64,000 bases of DNA from the human T2T-CHM13v2.0 reference genome, Homo sapiens, in assembly GCF_009914755.1 (NCBI RefSeq), contig NC_060936.1; one strand, written 5' to 3'. Below the pieces are notes generated by a model. It had not been told where the DNA came from, made no database searches, and saw nothing but the letters and a program-made list of their open reading frames with translations. A program made the position numbers and the translations under genes. Position 1 is the first letter of the stretch. Every line of letters begins with the position of its first letter. Shown here piece by piece: positions 44,764 through 61,128 of the stretch.

Positions 44764-47481
44764 TTATTAAGTTTGGTTATGACATCTTTCTAGATCACAG
44801 CCTATTAGAAGTAACAGATTAGAATGGAGCAGGATGTTATTAAAGACAGGGGATAAACTGAGGCAATCCAGTAATGAGAAGGATGGGAAAACTCTAAAAA
44901 GCAGCCATAAGTACAAAAACAAAACCAAAACATCCACAGCAGTCTGAGGCCTTCTAGTGCAGAAACAAAGGACGAAAAAGCTATAAAGGCATCACTCTCC
45001 GGTAACTTAGTAGAGTAAGTGAGGTTCCTAGTGGAGCGTAAGACATTCAGAATCAGGAGGGACCCTTGAGCCCAACTTCTCACTCCATCAAAACCCCTTT
45101 CCACAAAGCCTCTGTCCAAAGGTCATCCAGTTTCTGTTCTAAAAATCTCCATAAACAAGAGCCTCAAAGGCAATTCTGCTCATTTTTGGCACTGTTCTAT
45201 TTAAGTGGGATGTTTCTCTTCTTAAAATTCTGTGTTTATAGGTTAGTCATCTGCAACCATGCAGAATAAGTCCAATTTCTCTTCTGGTAGGTATTCAATG
45301 ATTTAAAGTAAAGTTTTAATAATTTTCATCTTAACTATCCTTTTAGTTTAAACACCCATATGACAGGATTCCCACACTTTTCACCATCTTAATCACCTCT
45401 TTTCAGATATACCCCAGCTTGTCTTACACTGTGCATGTAGAACTCAACTCCAGGTTTGTCTGATCAACATAGAATAGAACTAACATTTTCCTTAACTTAG
45501 CTCTATGGCTTATATTTCTGTAACCTAATGTGATGTTGGCTGGTATATTTGAAGTCAGCTAAAATCCTTTTTTCATATATTGGTATCTTACAGAGTCATC
45601 AATAAAAGGTAAAATATATTTTGTTTTACCAGAGGGAAATATTTCCATTAAAATACATTGCATGTAGTAAGCATTCAATAAACATGAATTTGAAGAATAA
45701 ATCAACAAATTTAAGCTGCTAAGTTTGAAAAATGGTTACAAATTTTAAAAGAAACTTTTAGTTTTCAAAGAACTAATTACCTATTTTCTGAAAAGGTGAT
45801 CACTTTTATGGAAAATTTGACTCTTCAACAATACCATTTGCAACTGGCATTATTATACATTTCCAAGAAAAAGAAAGACTCTGAAAATAGTGATAATTTT
45901 AGTATACCTAGTGTTTTTTCTCCATGGAAGTATAAACATGATCTTATTTATCCTCACAGCATCAATGTGTGGGAGGGAACAGGAATAGTTGTGCCCATTT
46001 ATACAAAGATAAAGTGAGATGAAAGATGTAAGTGCCAAACTTAGATCATACAATAAATACACACTGAAGATAGGACCTGGGTTTTCAGATAAAAAAAAAA
46101 AATCATTGCTTATCCATCAATTTTCCATGAATACAATCTTCTCTCTCTTTGAACTAGAAGACTACTGGGAGAAGATAAAATGGAGAATTGTTTTCATTAA
46201 AATAATCCTAGATTTTGTTTTCTACCTGGACTGTGCCCTTTGAATGCCCTTTAAAAACATCATCTTGGGAATTTCCTTAAGCTTTAACTTAAGCCTCCTG
46301 CCATGGGCACTCTTTCTTATTTCATGTGCTTCCTGGCTTCAGCTGCTCATTCCTAGGAAGGGAGGGAGTGAGAGCCTTTGAAAATACACATGCTCTTCCA
46401 GGAAGGTAACCATACTTTTCTAAAAAAAAAAAAAAAAAAGCATGCATGCTCTCTCATGTTGAAATTAATTATATGAGGGCAAGAAATTTTTTAAAAAAAC
46501 AAAAACAAAAACCAAGAACAGTTGTGTTGTTATTACAGATATAGCTACCATTGACAGCATTATATTGACACACATTTCTAAATGGCTCTTAGCTAAAACT
46601 TTCTGTACCTATTGCTATTTCTGAAATTGATGAAAATCCAACTCAGTAGCTTAACCAAATTGAGATTGATTTTTCTTACAAGACAAGAAGTCAGGAGGTA
46701 GACAGTCCAATATAAATGCAGCTACTCAAGGAAGTCATCCAGATTTGTTTGGTGTTCTCCCTCATGGGCACAAGATGGTTTTTCTGCCTCCAGGACGGGT
46801 GTTGTTATTCTAGAAAAGAGAAAAGGGTAAAAGATACATGCCAGCTGGCCTTAAAACACTTTCCCAGTAACCTCACCCATCTGCTTATATCTAATTGTCT
46901 AGAACTGGGTTACATGGCCTCTTCAGACCATGAGGAAGTCTGGAGAGCTAAGCATTTTAACTGGGCACATTGACACCCTTAACAAAATCAGGATTCTACT
47001 GGAAAGAAGGGGAGGTTGGATATCAAGTAGACAACTACAGGAGCAGTATATGTCATCCAAAGTTAGCAATTTCACTGATGTGTTTGGCCCAAGCACCTAT
47101 TAACATATTCAGTGGCTTCTCATCATTGGCACATAAAATGCATGTTGCTTGGCTTGGCACCCAAACCTATAATGTCCCGGTTCCTTGCCACTCACAGTGA
47201 ACAACCTGCACTCTTGAAGATGGACAATACTGCTTCATGCCTCTCGCTTCTGCACACCCTCTCCTCCTTCTGGCTACCTCTGGCAGGTCCTTGGAAATTC
47301 AGTTCTGACAATAGCTGCTGTGACACCTTTCCTTCTTAGGCTCCTCTTCCAACAGGGTTAGTTTCCCCTCTGTCCTCTCATGGCACCCCCTGTATCACTT
47401 TATTATTCTCAGTTATACTTTTTTTTCTCATATACTGGGTGAAAGAAAATTAAAAGCAAAATTGTATATATGCTTTCATTA

Positions 47482-47790
47482 TTGTTTTTGGTTTCTGTTT
47501 TGTTTTCAAACAGGTCTCACTCTATTGCCCAGGCTGGAATGCAGTGGTGCAATCTCAGCTCACCGCAACCTTGACCTCTGGGCTCAGATGATCCTCCTGC
47601 TTCAAGTCTTCCAAGTGGCAGGGTCTATAAGTGCACACCACCATGCCCAGCTAATTTTTTTGTTTGTTCGTTTAGAGATGGGGTTTTGCCATGTTGCACA
47701 GGCCGGTCTTGAACTCCTGGGCTCAAGCAATCCACCCGCCTTGGCCTCCTAAAGTGCTGGGATTACAGGCATGAGTCACAGTGCCCAGCC
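47482..47790 (-). mobile_element. Alu (AluJ-like)
   Basis: Diverged dimer; CTTTCATTAT on both flanks. Confidence 0.88.
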
Positions 47791-48528
47791 ACTTTCATTA
47801 TAACAACAGAAAACATACATATGAAAAAGGTCTGGAAAGAAATACATCAAAATATTAGAGATGACTGTTCCTCTGGCCTCTAAACTTTCAGCAATACCAT
47901 AGGATTGTTATAATTCCATTTTTTGTTCTACAAAATATAACAACTTAAGGCAGGATATGATAAAGCAGTGCCTGGCAGTGCCTCAAGAGTGGCATATAAA
48001 GTAGGCTATTAGCACAGGTGAAACTTTGTGGGCTGAGGAAGTTAAAAAAAACCACATGGAGGATGTGGACTGAACCTGGGCACTAACAATTGTGTAGGTG
48101 TGGATGAATATGGTGTGGATGAATATGCCAGTGGTGGTCGCCTAAGTGCTCCAGTGTGAATAAACAGAGTGCCTCTGAGAGAATGAGTGGAGTCTATTAG
48201 GAGAAGGAGATTCATAGGGATTCGTGGAATGGGGAAGAAAAAGCAGAGGAGGGACAAACAAATAAAGGCTTTGGCAAGTCAAGCTGCTTTGTGTTGGGAG
48301 GTTCTCTGAGTCATAATTTAGAAATGACATATAATAGATTAGGAAAAGAAGACTTGGAAGGTGAGCTAAGGGCTACTTTATGAGAATACCTGGGTCTACA
48401 CCAAGATGAGGATAGGGATAATGGACAGGGGTTGGGAGGAATTGAAGAAGAACCAAAAAGAAATTGATAGAACTTTGTAACTGACCATGGGATTGGCCGA
48501 AGACTGGGAAGAAATTAAAAATGACTTG

Positions 48529-48732
48529 GGCCAGTGCGGTGGCTCACACTTGTAATTCCTGCACTTTGGGAGGCTGAGGCAGGCAGATCACTTGAGGTCA
48601 GGAATTCGAAACCAGCTTGGTCAACATGGCGAAACCCCGTTTCTACTAAAAATACAAAAATTAGGCAGGTGTGGTGGTACATGCCTGTAATTCCAGCTAC
48701 TCGGGAGGCTAAGGCAGGAGAATCACTTGAAC
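48529..48732 (+). mobile_element. Alu (AluS-like) lacking its 3' ~80 nt
   Basis: Matches Alu up to GAATCACTTGAAC, then non-Alu G-rich sequence. Confidence 0.88.
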
Positions 48733-49749
48733 ACTGTGGCGAGGAGTGGGTGGGGGGTGAATGAGGGGGGACAAAAAAGTGACTTGGATTGGGGGCTCTG
48801 AATCTGGTTAGTTGAAAAAATAATAATCTCTTTTGCAGAAATAGGAAAATCAGGAGATGTAGTTGGTTTGGGAGGTGACTGATTCCATTTGGAATGGGTT
48901 GACTTAGTGAGGATGGCAGACCAGTCATGTCCAGCAGATGGTTAAACTGGCTTTAAAGCTTAGTGGGACAGTCAGACAATAAAATTTATAACTTTACCTA
49001 ATTCATAATTACACTGATAAAACCTTAGCATAGGAAAAGACCTTGGAAGTTATTAGTCCAACCTTTTCTGACACGAGAAAACTGAGGTCCATTTAAAACT
49101 TTTTATTTCACAGGCCCCAGCCTAGTCAAGGTTATACAGCTAGTTAGGTTTGGTGACTAAGCTGGGTTTGCAAATTTAGCCTTTTCTTTGCCTAGTACTC
49201 TTATGCAAGCAATTGAGAGTACAAAGATTCTACTCAATTTGTCTAGTTCAACGAAAGTACTATTGTCTAAGTATTAGAAAATCAAGCTTAAAAAAGCTCA
49301 CAATCTACTGAAGCAGCAATTTGATTAAAAACATCCCTTGTCCATAGGTGGGATTTCAAGATATGTAATATAGTAGAATATGTTCAAGATGTTAATTAAG
49401 CTAGATATGCTTCTGGTTTGGTTTTATCTATAGCTCCTAATTACCCTGGACACTTTCCGATCCTAAACCTGTGCTGCAATTTCAAACACAAGTGCCTTTC
49501 TGAATATTTTTATTACAATTGTGCCTTACAAGATTACAATGCAATTTAGAGGGTAAATCTATGACACAATCTGCTTCAACCCTAAATTCAGTATAATTGA
49601 CCTCATCATAGAAGAGGCATTCAGTTATCAGAAACATTAGAAAAACTTCATTAACCAGTATTAAAACTGTACCATCTCAGAGCTCAAATTAATGGTTTCA
49701 GGATGTTAATACATTTTGAAAACCTGTAAATGAATTTTAAGCAAATTGG

Positions 49750-50169
<420 letters not shown>

Positions 50170-51045
50170 TCAAGGTTACAATAAATGTAAGTCCATTTAG
50201 GTTTCTGCACTCTACAAAATAACACCTCAAATGTTCTACCTTAGACCTTCTCTACTTATAAATGCTATTTACTCACAGAAATATTCCTCACTAAATTTAA
50301 GGAATTAAAACTTTAAAGCCAAATTAATACAAAAATATTAATTGCTCTGAAGCCCAAGCACTTTTTTATGCATGTAGTAAGTCTCTCTAACATAACTATT
50401 GAAGATTCCTTCATCGTAAAGAAAAAGCACATCATTTCCCCACTATCTGTCCTCCTTCAGAAATGTTTGAATGAATACAATATTTATTGCAAACAGAGAA
50501 AAAGGAATCTTTTTTTTTAAAAAAAGATGAATTCTTCTTAAAATGCATGATATTTCTATCATGAACAGAATTCTTTCTTTGGTAATGAAATCCTTTAAAG
50601 CTATAGTAACACTTTCAAAATAATATTAAATTTTACATTGAAAAGAATCCTGAAGTGGCAGGGGAGTTCCCAGTCTATTAATGACCCTATAGGAAGGGTG
50701 AAGGAGGTACAGATTATTATCTCTTACTCTGAAATTTAAAAAATCACAGCCTGCAGACTTGAGGTAATAAGTAGCTAAAGTCAGTAGCTTTGAATTCCTT
50801 TCTCAGTCTCACTGGTACGGTCTTGGATATAGCACTTTTAAATACACAAAGACAATCAAATATACTTATTGTTTCTCCGTGTGTCCTGTTTTTTGGTATA
50901 CAAAAGGAAATTTAAGTGCCCCATTTGTAAACTCCAGATATCCTGCAATCAGTAAATAAATATCTTGAAAATGCAACTCATTCAAAGAAATACATCAATA
51001 GAGTCCAACAGAGAAAGGAAAACTTCCCTGTGCAAATCTGGGTGA

Positions 51046-51369
<324 letters not shown>

Positions 51370-51706
51370 TAATGTGCTTACTTTTGATAGAAATTTTTTC
51401 CTCATTATAACCAATAACAAATAGCTAGCATTTATTGGGGACTTAATATACAGCAGGCCTTGTGCTAAACACTCTACATACAAGATCACCTTCAGACTTC
51501 TTAGTCACCCTAGGGAGAGACTGTCAATTGTCATCCTTGCTTTACAAATGAGAACTGAGACTCACCCAACTAGTAAATAATAGAGCTGAGACTGTAACCC
51601 AACCACTGGATTCCAAAGCCCATGAGTGAAACCACTGTGTTCATCATGGGTCTTTGGGAAATAACAGAAAAGCAGTTAGTAGGGCAAACCCATCTTCCAA
51701 AGAAAC

Positions 51707-52060
51707 TGAGGCAGGAAAATAGGGTCTGGAGGCAGGGAGCATAAGGCTGACTCATACTTCAGCCATAACAGGAAATATCGTCTCCATAGGGCATAGGCTG
51801 TAAATGACTTTGTAACTTTACTTCATCCTTTCCATTTACATAGGGTGTACCTGAAGTAACCAATGGAATCCTCTAGGTATTTAAACTCCCAAAAATTCTG
51901 TAACTGGGCCTTTGAGCCTCTATGCTCAGGGCCACTCCCACACTGTGGAGCGTACTTTCATTTTCAATAAAACCCTTCATTCCTTCCTTGCTTTGTTTGT
52001 ATGTTTTGTCCAATTCTTTGTTTAGGACACCAAGAACCTGGACACCCTCTACCGTTAATA
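51707..52060 (+). mobile_element. MER61-type ERV1 solo LTR
   Basis: TGAGGCAGGAAAATAGGGTCTGGAGGCAGGG...AATAAA...AGAACCTGGACACCCT; 4-bp TSD AAAC (51703, 52061). Confidence 0.8.
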
Positions 52061-52135
52061 AAACCAGCTTTCATTTTGGTATGGCTCCTTCTAATCTTAT
52101 ATCTAGCCTATATAGCCATACAATTTTTGTTCCAT

Positions 52136-52443
<308 letters not shown>

Positions 52444-55400
52444 TTTCTTCACTTATTATTAAGTTATTAGAAATTCTACACAAACATCAGTTTTCATGGC
52501 CATATACTGTTCCAGTGAGTGGATCTACCTTATTATACTTTTGTGTTATTTTCAGATTTTTGCTATTATTCATAATAGTTTTATAGCTATCTCTGTTAAA
52601 CATTTTGTTAATTTGAGTTTTTTTAATTTTTATTTTCTTATCATCATTAAAATGAAAATATCAGCTCAAAGAAAAGTTACATTTAGGCCACATTGTCAAA
52701 TTTCTCTCCAAAAATGCTGCATCCATCTGTACAACTATCACTAAGGTATGGTGCCTATTTCACCTCACCCATACCAGCATTGAATATTATACTTTAAAAG
52801 TATAAATTTTCCAATTTAGTATGTGAAAAGTGATATTTGTATTAGTATTTCTTTTATTAGATTATATGTAAAATTGAATTTTTTTCTTTGCTTGCTAATC
52901 AGTTTTATTTCACCCTTTTTACTAATTATCTAAGATGGAATGAATTTCCAATTTCCTAAGGAAGTTAGACCTTTCTCCATTTCTAATATATGCGTTTAAT
53001 GCTACAAATTTCCCTCTAAGCACTGCTTTTGCTGTGTCCTGTGAATTTTGATAAGTTGTACTTTTATTTACATTTAATTCAAAATATTTAAAATTTTCTC
53101 CTGAGATTTCTTCTTTGGCTCATGAGTTATTTAGAAACACATTGTTTAATTTGCAGATATTTGGGGATTCTCCAGCTAACTTTTCTGAGATCATATTTTG
53201 TATAATTTCTATTCTTTTAAATTTGTTAAAGTATGTTTAATGGCCCAGCATATGGCCTATCATGGTGTATATTTCTTGTGAATTTGAAAAGAATGTGTAA
53301 TTCAGCTGTTATTGAAGTATTTGATAAACGTTCACTAGGTCAAATTGACTGATCTGTTCAGATCATCTACAGCTTTACTATTTTCACCCTTTTCAAATGA
53401 TAGTCACTGTTAGCAACTAGTAAACAACAGAAGAGAAAAGTAAATAGGAAACTAATTACACTTTTAGTGTATATTGTAGGAAACAGACTGCCATGCATGC
53501 TTTCCATGAAGTTTTTGGTTTGTATCTATTACCTCTTTCCACAATGAAGAGGATGTAAGAGAGGAAAAGCAGGGTAAGAGGGTGAGCCAGAAACACAGAA
53601 GAAGTTGTTGAAAGGACACACCAAACACATCACCAGTCTGAGATTTTTTCCATATTTTATGTAATGCTTTCATGCCTATTGAGAAAATAAATGCTTGTTG
53701 ATGAAGATTTTAATCTTTATTGGCGTTCTTTGGAATTCTTGTTTTTTAACACAAAAGTGATAGTATAACTCTTTTAAAAGACATCTATATAATCTTATGT
53801 TTTGAACTGGCTCTCTTTTCACTGAAAAATACCAAAAACTCACAGTTATAGAGTTGGAAGGGTAACTGTAGTACAGAAAGTTTGGCCAATTACATAGTGT
53901 TACAGTTTTAAGAGCTGCTTCCAAAGCAATCACACTATTCGGAAAAACTTTTTCATAACAAATGTGTTCTTCCTTTAAAATGTAAACAATGAGCCAATCT
54001 TAGAAGCAAACATTGACCGCAGAGTCATATCAAGTCCGTTGTTATAAGTACTTTAGTTTTAACAGTGCAGAAACGTGAAGGATAGGTTTACTTTTTAACT
54101 CCAACCCTGTTCAAAGATCACTTATTGGCCTCTGAAGGCACAGGTGGCATGCCTGTTATAGTTTAACAGGTAGCCTCTGGGTGAGGTATAGTAGTTCAGA
54201 TAACTTTGGATGCTTTGGATGCTCTCATGTGTGGCAGTATGCACTTGCTAAAACATTCTCCTCTCTGGGTCTGGAAGCCTAGAGTCTATATCCATATGAG
54301 GCACTGGGCAGGTATTCCAGACTTCTGAGTCATGGATGAAAAATGCCATCTTGCAACTGACACAGCAATTCCTTTGCCAAGAAATCATCATATCCTTAGT
54401 TTCTTATGTTGAGGTAAATATTCAAGTTCTTGGTAAATAAGGTAGATTTTCTATTTGCAACCTATATCTGAGTATTCATCCTTTTGATAACAAAATTTAC
54501 AGGGAATATTTTTTCTATCAGAGGCACCGTTAATTATACTAGGCTCTCAAAAGAATTCCAGATTCGCCTCAAATACCAGCAACTCAATTCTATTCCACTA
54601 CTCAGATCTGTTGGGTTGGGTTGAATTGGAATTGTATTACATTTATAGTTAATTTAAGGAGTATTTACATCTTTAGGGAATTTAGTTTACATTTTTATGA
54701 ACATCATATATTCTCCATGTATTTAGGTCCTCTTAAAGACATTTCAACAAAGTTGCCTAATTTTCTACATAAAAATCTTGCCAATCATTTATTAGATTTA
54801 TTACTATACATATTTTTGATTATTTTTATATATGATATATTTTTAAAAGTAATATTTCTTAATCTTTGCTGTATGGGGATGTCATTGATTTTTGTCTATT
54901 GATCTTATATCCAGCAACCTTACTAAATTCCTAATTCTAATAATTTGTAGTCTCTTATGCCTAACTCCATGTTTCCATATAAACAACCATATTGTGTACA
55001 TTTAGGGACCATTTATTTCTTCTTTCCAATCTTTACAATTTTTATTTGTTTTTCCTTTCTAATTACACTGGCTAGAATATGTAGTACATTTTGAATAGTC
55101 ACAATATTGGAGGACTGGTGATTTCCTTTATTATCTTTGTGAGGCAAACAATATGCTTTAAAATGTTTGTTTTTTAGCTGGCAACTAGATGTTTTGTACC
55201 GAGAGAATTCAAGCTATGTAATCTGCACTATTGCTAGAGTCATTTCTTTTCTTAACTCTTTTCTCCTATGTTTACCTTCTCTACTAGTTGATTTGCCCTT
55301 TACACACTCTAAGTCCAAGTTTTACATTTGCTTTTCTCATTTCTAATGGTGTACTTTTGTGAAATTGAATATTGATTGTAGAATCTCCTACCAAGAACTT

Positions 55401-56517
55401 TTTTCTCTTTTCAAATTATTATACTTCTTAATATTCATGGCTTCTAGAAAGAATTAAATTTAAAAATAAAATTTACCTTCAAAGACAATGAGATGACCAT
55501 GGATCTACCAAATGCTTTCATGAAATGTTCTTTATTTTTTCCTACAATATTCTCAGTACTTCCAAATGTGCAGGTTGCTCTGCTGCACAATGTTGGGAAT
55601 GCCATTCACATCATGTGAGTAGCATGCCCTGGGATTCTGCAGCACGCAATCTTCAAGGCTGACTGTGGTAGCCCTGCCTCTGCATTTCACTTTTCCGTCT
55701 AATTAGGACTGTGGGGTCTCTCAAGCAATTAGTGATAATCTACTAATGCCTAACTCCAGAAACAACTCTAAATGTGTTTCAAAAAAATTTCTACTTTTGG
55801 CTGCAAGCAGAAAAAATATCATGTCTGGGAGATATGTTATGATAATACAGCTTTAATAGGCAACCTCATTCCATGCCAAATCAGTGTTGATACAATATTC
55901 TTTTGTTTAGTATTATGTAATTAAGTAAATTGTCACTTCTGTTTCTATAAACACAATTAGGACGAGGTAAAAAAATGGGAAGAGAGGGGAGAAATTCATT
56001 TTGGAGAAAGAATCAACATAAAAGTAATATAATTACAACTCTCATTAGTAGTAATAATAATACTTGTGATGAGATGATAATGGTAAGGTAGTAATGATCA
56101 TCATGATCATCACCATCATAATGATGCTGATATGCCCATGAATCCAAGTTGTTCGGCTTAGTTCCAAGTTTAAGCTGCATTATAGTTTAGTTTCTGCCAT
56201 AAAAATTTCTTCAAAGCAGAGAGGGAGAGGATTTCATAGCATAGCTTCTGCTTTCTCACTAAGAAATGATATATGTCAAACTTACAGTGACACAAGATTG
56301 CCAATTATATTATAACTTTATAAACTCTCATCCCATGTACAAGCAAGGTCAAAAATTAATTTTATCCGATTGAAACCAGAAGCTTTCTTTAGAAAGGCAG
56401 GTCTTTAGTTAAATACTAAAAAGGGCAAAGACTATAGCCAGTTCATTTTTTAGCTGCATATCTAGAGTTTTAAGTTACATATATATAATATACATTATAG
56501 GTAATATGGAGAGACTA

Positions 56518-56526
56518 TAGATAGAC

Positions 56527-56565
<39 letters not shown>
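56518..56565. repeat. (GATA)n tetranucleotide STR
   Basis: TAGATAGACAGATAGATAGA...TAGAC. Confidence 0.95.
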
Positions 56566-57572
56566 CACCTATATATAGTATATGTATTTGTGGAATATCT
56601 TATTCATTCAGTACTGGATAGCACAGGTCTAGACCTCACAGGGGGTAATACCACAAGGGGAATAATGTGTGCAAAGTGCAGAGTAAGTGCATGTAAATAG
56701 CTTGCACTAGCAGAAAAAAGCACTGCAAGGAGCCAAAAGAAGAATATAAATCAATCGTGATCCTGGTAGAATAAAGTTGAGATGCTCTGGCATATTTGCA
56801 AGTAATGATACTAGTGAAAGAGCTAAACAGAAGGCAAAAATAGAGACCACAGGTTATAAGAAAAAGTTATGCACAGTCAAGAGTTGGAAAGCAACTTAAC
56901 TTAAAAAAATAAAAACCATCTACCCTGGCAGTGTATAAGGCATACTAGGCTTGCTGCTAATACGAAGTAGCCAGGGACATTTGTCTTTCTATCACTGGTG
57001 CCAGGCACAGGGTAAGTTCTCAATATATATTTGTTCACAATGGAGGAAGAGTGATCGGTTAGATAGCTATGTGGCCTACTTAAAAATACCACACTTTGCC
57101 AACGTCACATGTGGTTCAAGAAAATCTGTTTCTGAGTTGTTTTTGTGGGTGTGGTTCACAGACAATATTGGTGACACATCAGGAAAGATGGCAAGCAGAA
57201 CGAGAACTAGTGCTACAAAAAGTGATCTCACTGTAACAGCATGGGTGGGCCTGGAAGTCAGTTCTCATGCAACCCCATTAGTTCTAGAAAGTTCTCATAT
57301 GACTAAGAAAAAGCTGACAGGAATCAAACAGATTTCATCATTAAGCAAACAGAAAACATCAAGTAAGTAAGGGAAAATGTCGAATGAGGTTAGGAGGAAA
57401 CAATTTTAGATACTTTTATAGCCTCCGGCCTCTTTCATTCCCTTTCTCAATCAGCTCTCCTCCTATCCCAACCCATGACCCTCTCCTACCCTTACCCCAG
57501 GAACACTAACAGAGCAGGGATGTTTCTGTATAATCCATTCAAGAAATTGCACAAGATCACCTAAGAAGAGGC

Positions 57573-57931
57573 TGCTATAGTCTGAATGTTTGTGTTCCTC
57601 CAAAATTCATGTGTTGAAACCTAACCCCCAAGGTGATGGTATTAGGAGGTGGAAGGTGATTGAGTCACCTCATGAATGGGATTAGTGCCCTTAGTACTGG
57701 AGAAAGCCTGTTTGCCCTGTTCACACCCTTCTGCCATGGGAGGATTTCTTGAGAAGGTGTGATTTTTGAAGCAGAGAGGGGACCCTCACCAGACATCTAA
57801 TCTGCTGCTGCCTTGATGGTGGACTTTTCAGCCTCCAGAACTATGAAGAATAAATTTCTGTTGTTTATAAATTACCTAGTGTAAGGTATTTTGTTATAGC
57901 AGCAGGAACAGGAACCTCTGCTTCTAAGACA
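57573..57931 (+). mobile_element. MaLR LTR (MLT1A-like)
   Basis: TGCTATAGTCTGAATGTTTGTG...CAGCCTCCAGAACTATG...AATAAATTTCTGTTG...TTTTGTTATAGCAGC. Confidence 0.75.
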
Positions 57932-57993
57932 GAGGCAGAGCCAGGATTTGAAAAATTAGATGCCAGAGCTCCTGGTCATTATTATTGTACTAA

Positions 57994-58442
<449 letters not shown>

Positions 58443-59138
58443 CTAAAAATTTTAAAATCACCCACCAGTAAAAAACAAGAAAACAACCAAGATTCTGAAC
58501 TCTCCAACAATGAAGAATAGAGGAGGGAGAGGGCAGGGTGAACATGTTACTCCCACTAAGCCTCATTCATAAAATGGGAGTAATAATAACACATATCTTA
58601 GAAGATTGTGGTAGGATTAAATACATTAATTAAAGCACTCAGAATAATGCTTGACACATCATACGCATTTAATAAAAATTAACTATTATTTATCTTTTTC
58701 CTACCAGGTGCAGTGGTGCTTTTTTTCTTTTTTGCTAATTAGCCTAGAGTAAATTGCAATGTGTCTTCAGTTCCTGAAGCCTAAGGATGTGACGTCCAGC
58801 AATGTACTCATATTTTTAAAAATTCTATACAACTTATTTGGGTAATTCCATGTTGTGATAGTAATAATGTAATAATACTAACTCACCATAATTTGTTATT
58901 TTAACCAGACATTTTTAATTGCTCTAACCAAAGTGAATTAAAAGATTACTGATCATGCTGCAAAAGCAGAATGGTGAAATGATTAGGAGCCTAGACGCTC
59001 ATGTTCTAACTCTAGGTTAGAATCCCACTCACTAGCAGAGTGATTTTGGGCAAATTATCTATCTTCTTTATGCCTCAGTTTCCTCATCTGTAAATTGGGA
59101 TACTACGAGTATTTCTCTCAGAGATTTCTTATGAGGAC

Positions 59139-59519
59139 TATATTAGTCTGTTCTCACACTGCTATAAAGAACTACCTGAGACTGGGTAATTTATGAAGAC
59201 AAGAGGTTTAATTGACTCAGTTCCACAGACGTAACAGGAAGCATGACTGGGAGGCCTCAGAAATCTCACAATCATGGTGGAAGGCAAACGGGAACAGGGA
59301 CCTTCTTCTCAGGGCAGCAGGAGAGAGAGAGAGCGGGGAGAACCACCACACACTTTTAAACCATCAGATCTCTTGAGAACTCACTCACTATCACGAGAAC
59401 AGCATGGGAGAATCCGCCCCCATGATCCAATCACCTCTCACACCAGGTCCCTCCCTACACACGTGGGGATCACAATTCGAGACGAGATTTGGGTGGGGAC
59501 ACAGAGTCAAACCATATCA
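59139..59519 (-). mobile_element. THE1 (THE1D-like) MaLR solo LTR inserted in a MIR
   Basis: TATATTAGTCTGTTCTCACACTGCTATAAAGAAC...AAACCATATCA; 5-bp TSD AGGAC (59134, 59520); MIR core GCCTCAGTTTCCTCATCTGTAAA to the left. Confidence 0.85.
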
Positions 59520-59800
59520 AGGACTAAATGAGTCATCATTGCACATAAAGTTCTAGGAAGAGTGTCTTGCACATAGTATGTACTTATATAAGTTGTTTCT
59601 TTTATACTTTTTCCATATAGTTAAGAAAATATATTTTGCCAGTTGATTTTTACAAGTTTATTAGTAAAATGTTCATAGAGAAACATTTACATTTCCTTAC
59701 TCTAAATGTCCAAAATATATTTAATACTTATTTAACATACTTATTTTACATGGCTGAATATTACATGGTTGAAATTAAAGGCTTTATGTCAGCCTAATTT

Positions 59801-59907
59801 TAATATATTGTAGTTATTGCTTTAATTGTAATATATTGTAGTATATTGTAATTGTAATATATTGTAGTTATTGCTAATTGTAATATATTGTAGTTATTGC
59901 TTTAATT
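59801..59907. repeat. AT-rich minisatellite (~25-28 bp, ~4 copies)
   Basis: TAATATATTGTAGTTATTGC(TT)TAATTG repeated. Confidence 0.85.
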
Positions 59908-60454
59908 CTATTTTAATCTTTAGATGTTTAGTTAAGATCACTGCCTTTCATTATCTCAGCCTATTTCTTTTCTCAAAATCCATGCATAGGCTTCAATTAT
60001 AATGTTTATATAATTGACTAGTAAATTCCCTCACTAACAAAGTAAACTATTAGGCTATAACAAATATGATACATACTTAGACTATTTTTATCTTTATATA
60101 CAGACACTGCTAAATATCATAAATCATAAAGCTTAAAGATTTTTTAAAATACATGTATATATTTTTAATTTTTATGCTTAGCTACCACTATGAGTATTGA
60201 AATTAACAACAGCCTCAAATCAAGCAGTGAAAAATGCTAGTGAATGATCACATTTTAATGCTGCTTAATTTTTAGGCTTCTGGTGTGAATTAGCTATGAG
60301 ATACAGCAATTTAAAGGATAATGACTAAACTCTTTCCTATTTCCTGCTTAATTTCCTTTTAAAGAAAAGTATTGGACTTTAAAAAATATTACTCATTCTT
60401 TAAATTAAAAAAACCAAGGAATTAGAATTCTCTTAACAAGTGCATCTTCTAGAG

Positions 60455-60772
60455 CAGCAGTCTCCAATCTTTTTAGCACCAGGGACTGGTTTCACGGAAG
60501 ACAATTTTTCCATGGACGGGGTCGGTGGGGGGATGGTTTTGGGATAAAACGGTTCCACCTCAGATCATCAGGCATTAGATTCTCATAGAGAGCCTGCAGC
60601 CTAGCTCCCTTGCATGTGCAGTTCACAATAGGGTTTGAATTCCTATGAGAATCTATTGCTGCCACTAATCTGACAGGAGGCGGAGCTCTTGTGGTAATGC
60701 TGGCCGGCCACTCACCTCCTGCTGTGCAGGCTGGTTCCTAACAGGCCACGGACCAGGAGTTGGGGACCCCTG
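60455..60772. mobile_element. MER1B (hAT-Charlie) DNA transposon
   Basis: Imperfect TIRs CAGCAGTCTCCAA / TTGGGGACCCCTG; perfect 8-bp TSD TTCTAGAG (60447, 60773). Confidence 0.88.
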
Positions 60773-61128
60773 TTCTAGAGCAAAGAATTTCAGATGAAGA
60801 AATAAGTGACTAAAACAAAAGCACTTTTATAAGTTTAGAAAGGATGGCTCTATATAGATCTACATAAGAAGAAAAAAAATCAATCAAATAGTATCTGTGT
60901 CACGTTGATGTATCTTGTTGAACCTTCTAGTCCCATCCCAATGTTTAGCATCGTAAACACACATGCAGGCCAGGTGTAGGTGGCATTGGGGCAGCACTAC
61001 AGTGACAAGAGCACCTTGGGAAGTACCATAAGCAGAGAATGTTTGCGTTTGGGTCACTCCCAGGAAAGTTGCAGACATAATAGAAAAAAGCTAAAACTAC
61101 AAAGGCATTTTTTTAAAAAAGGTTAACT

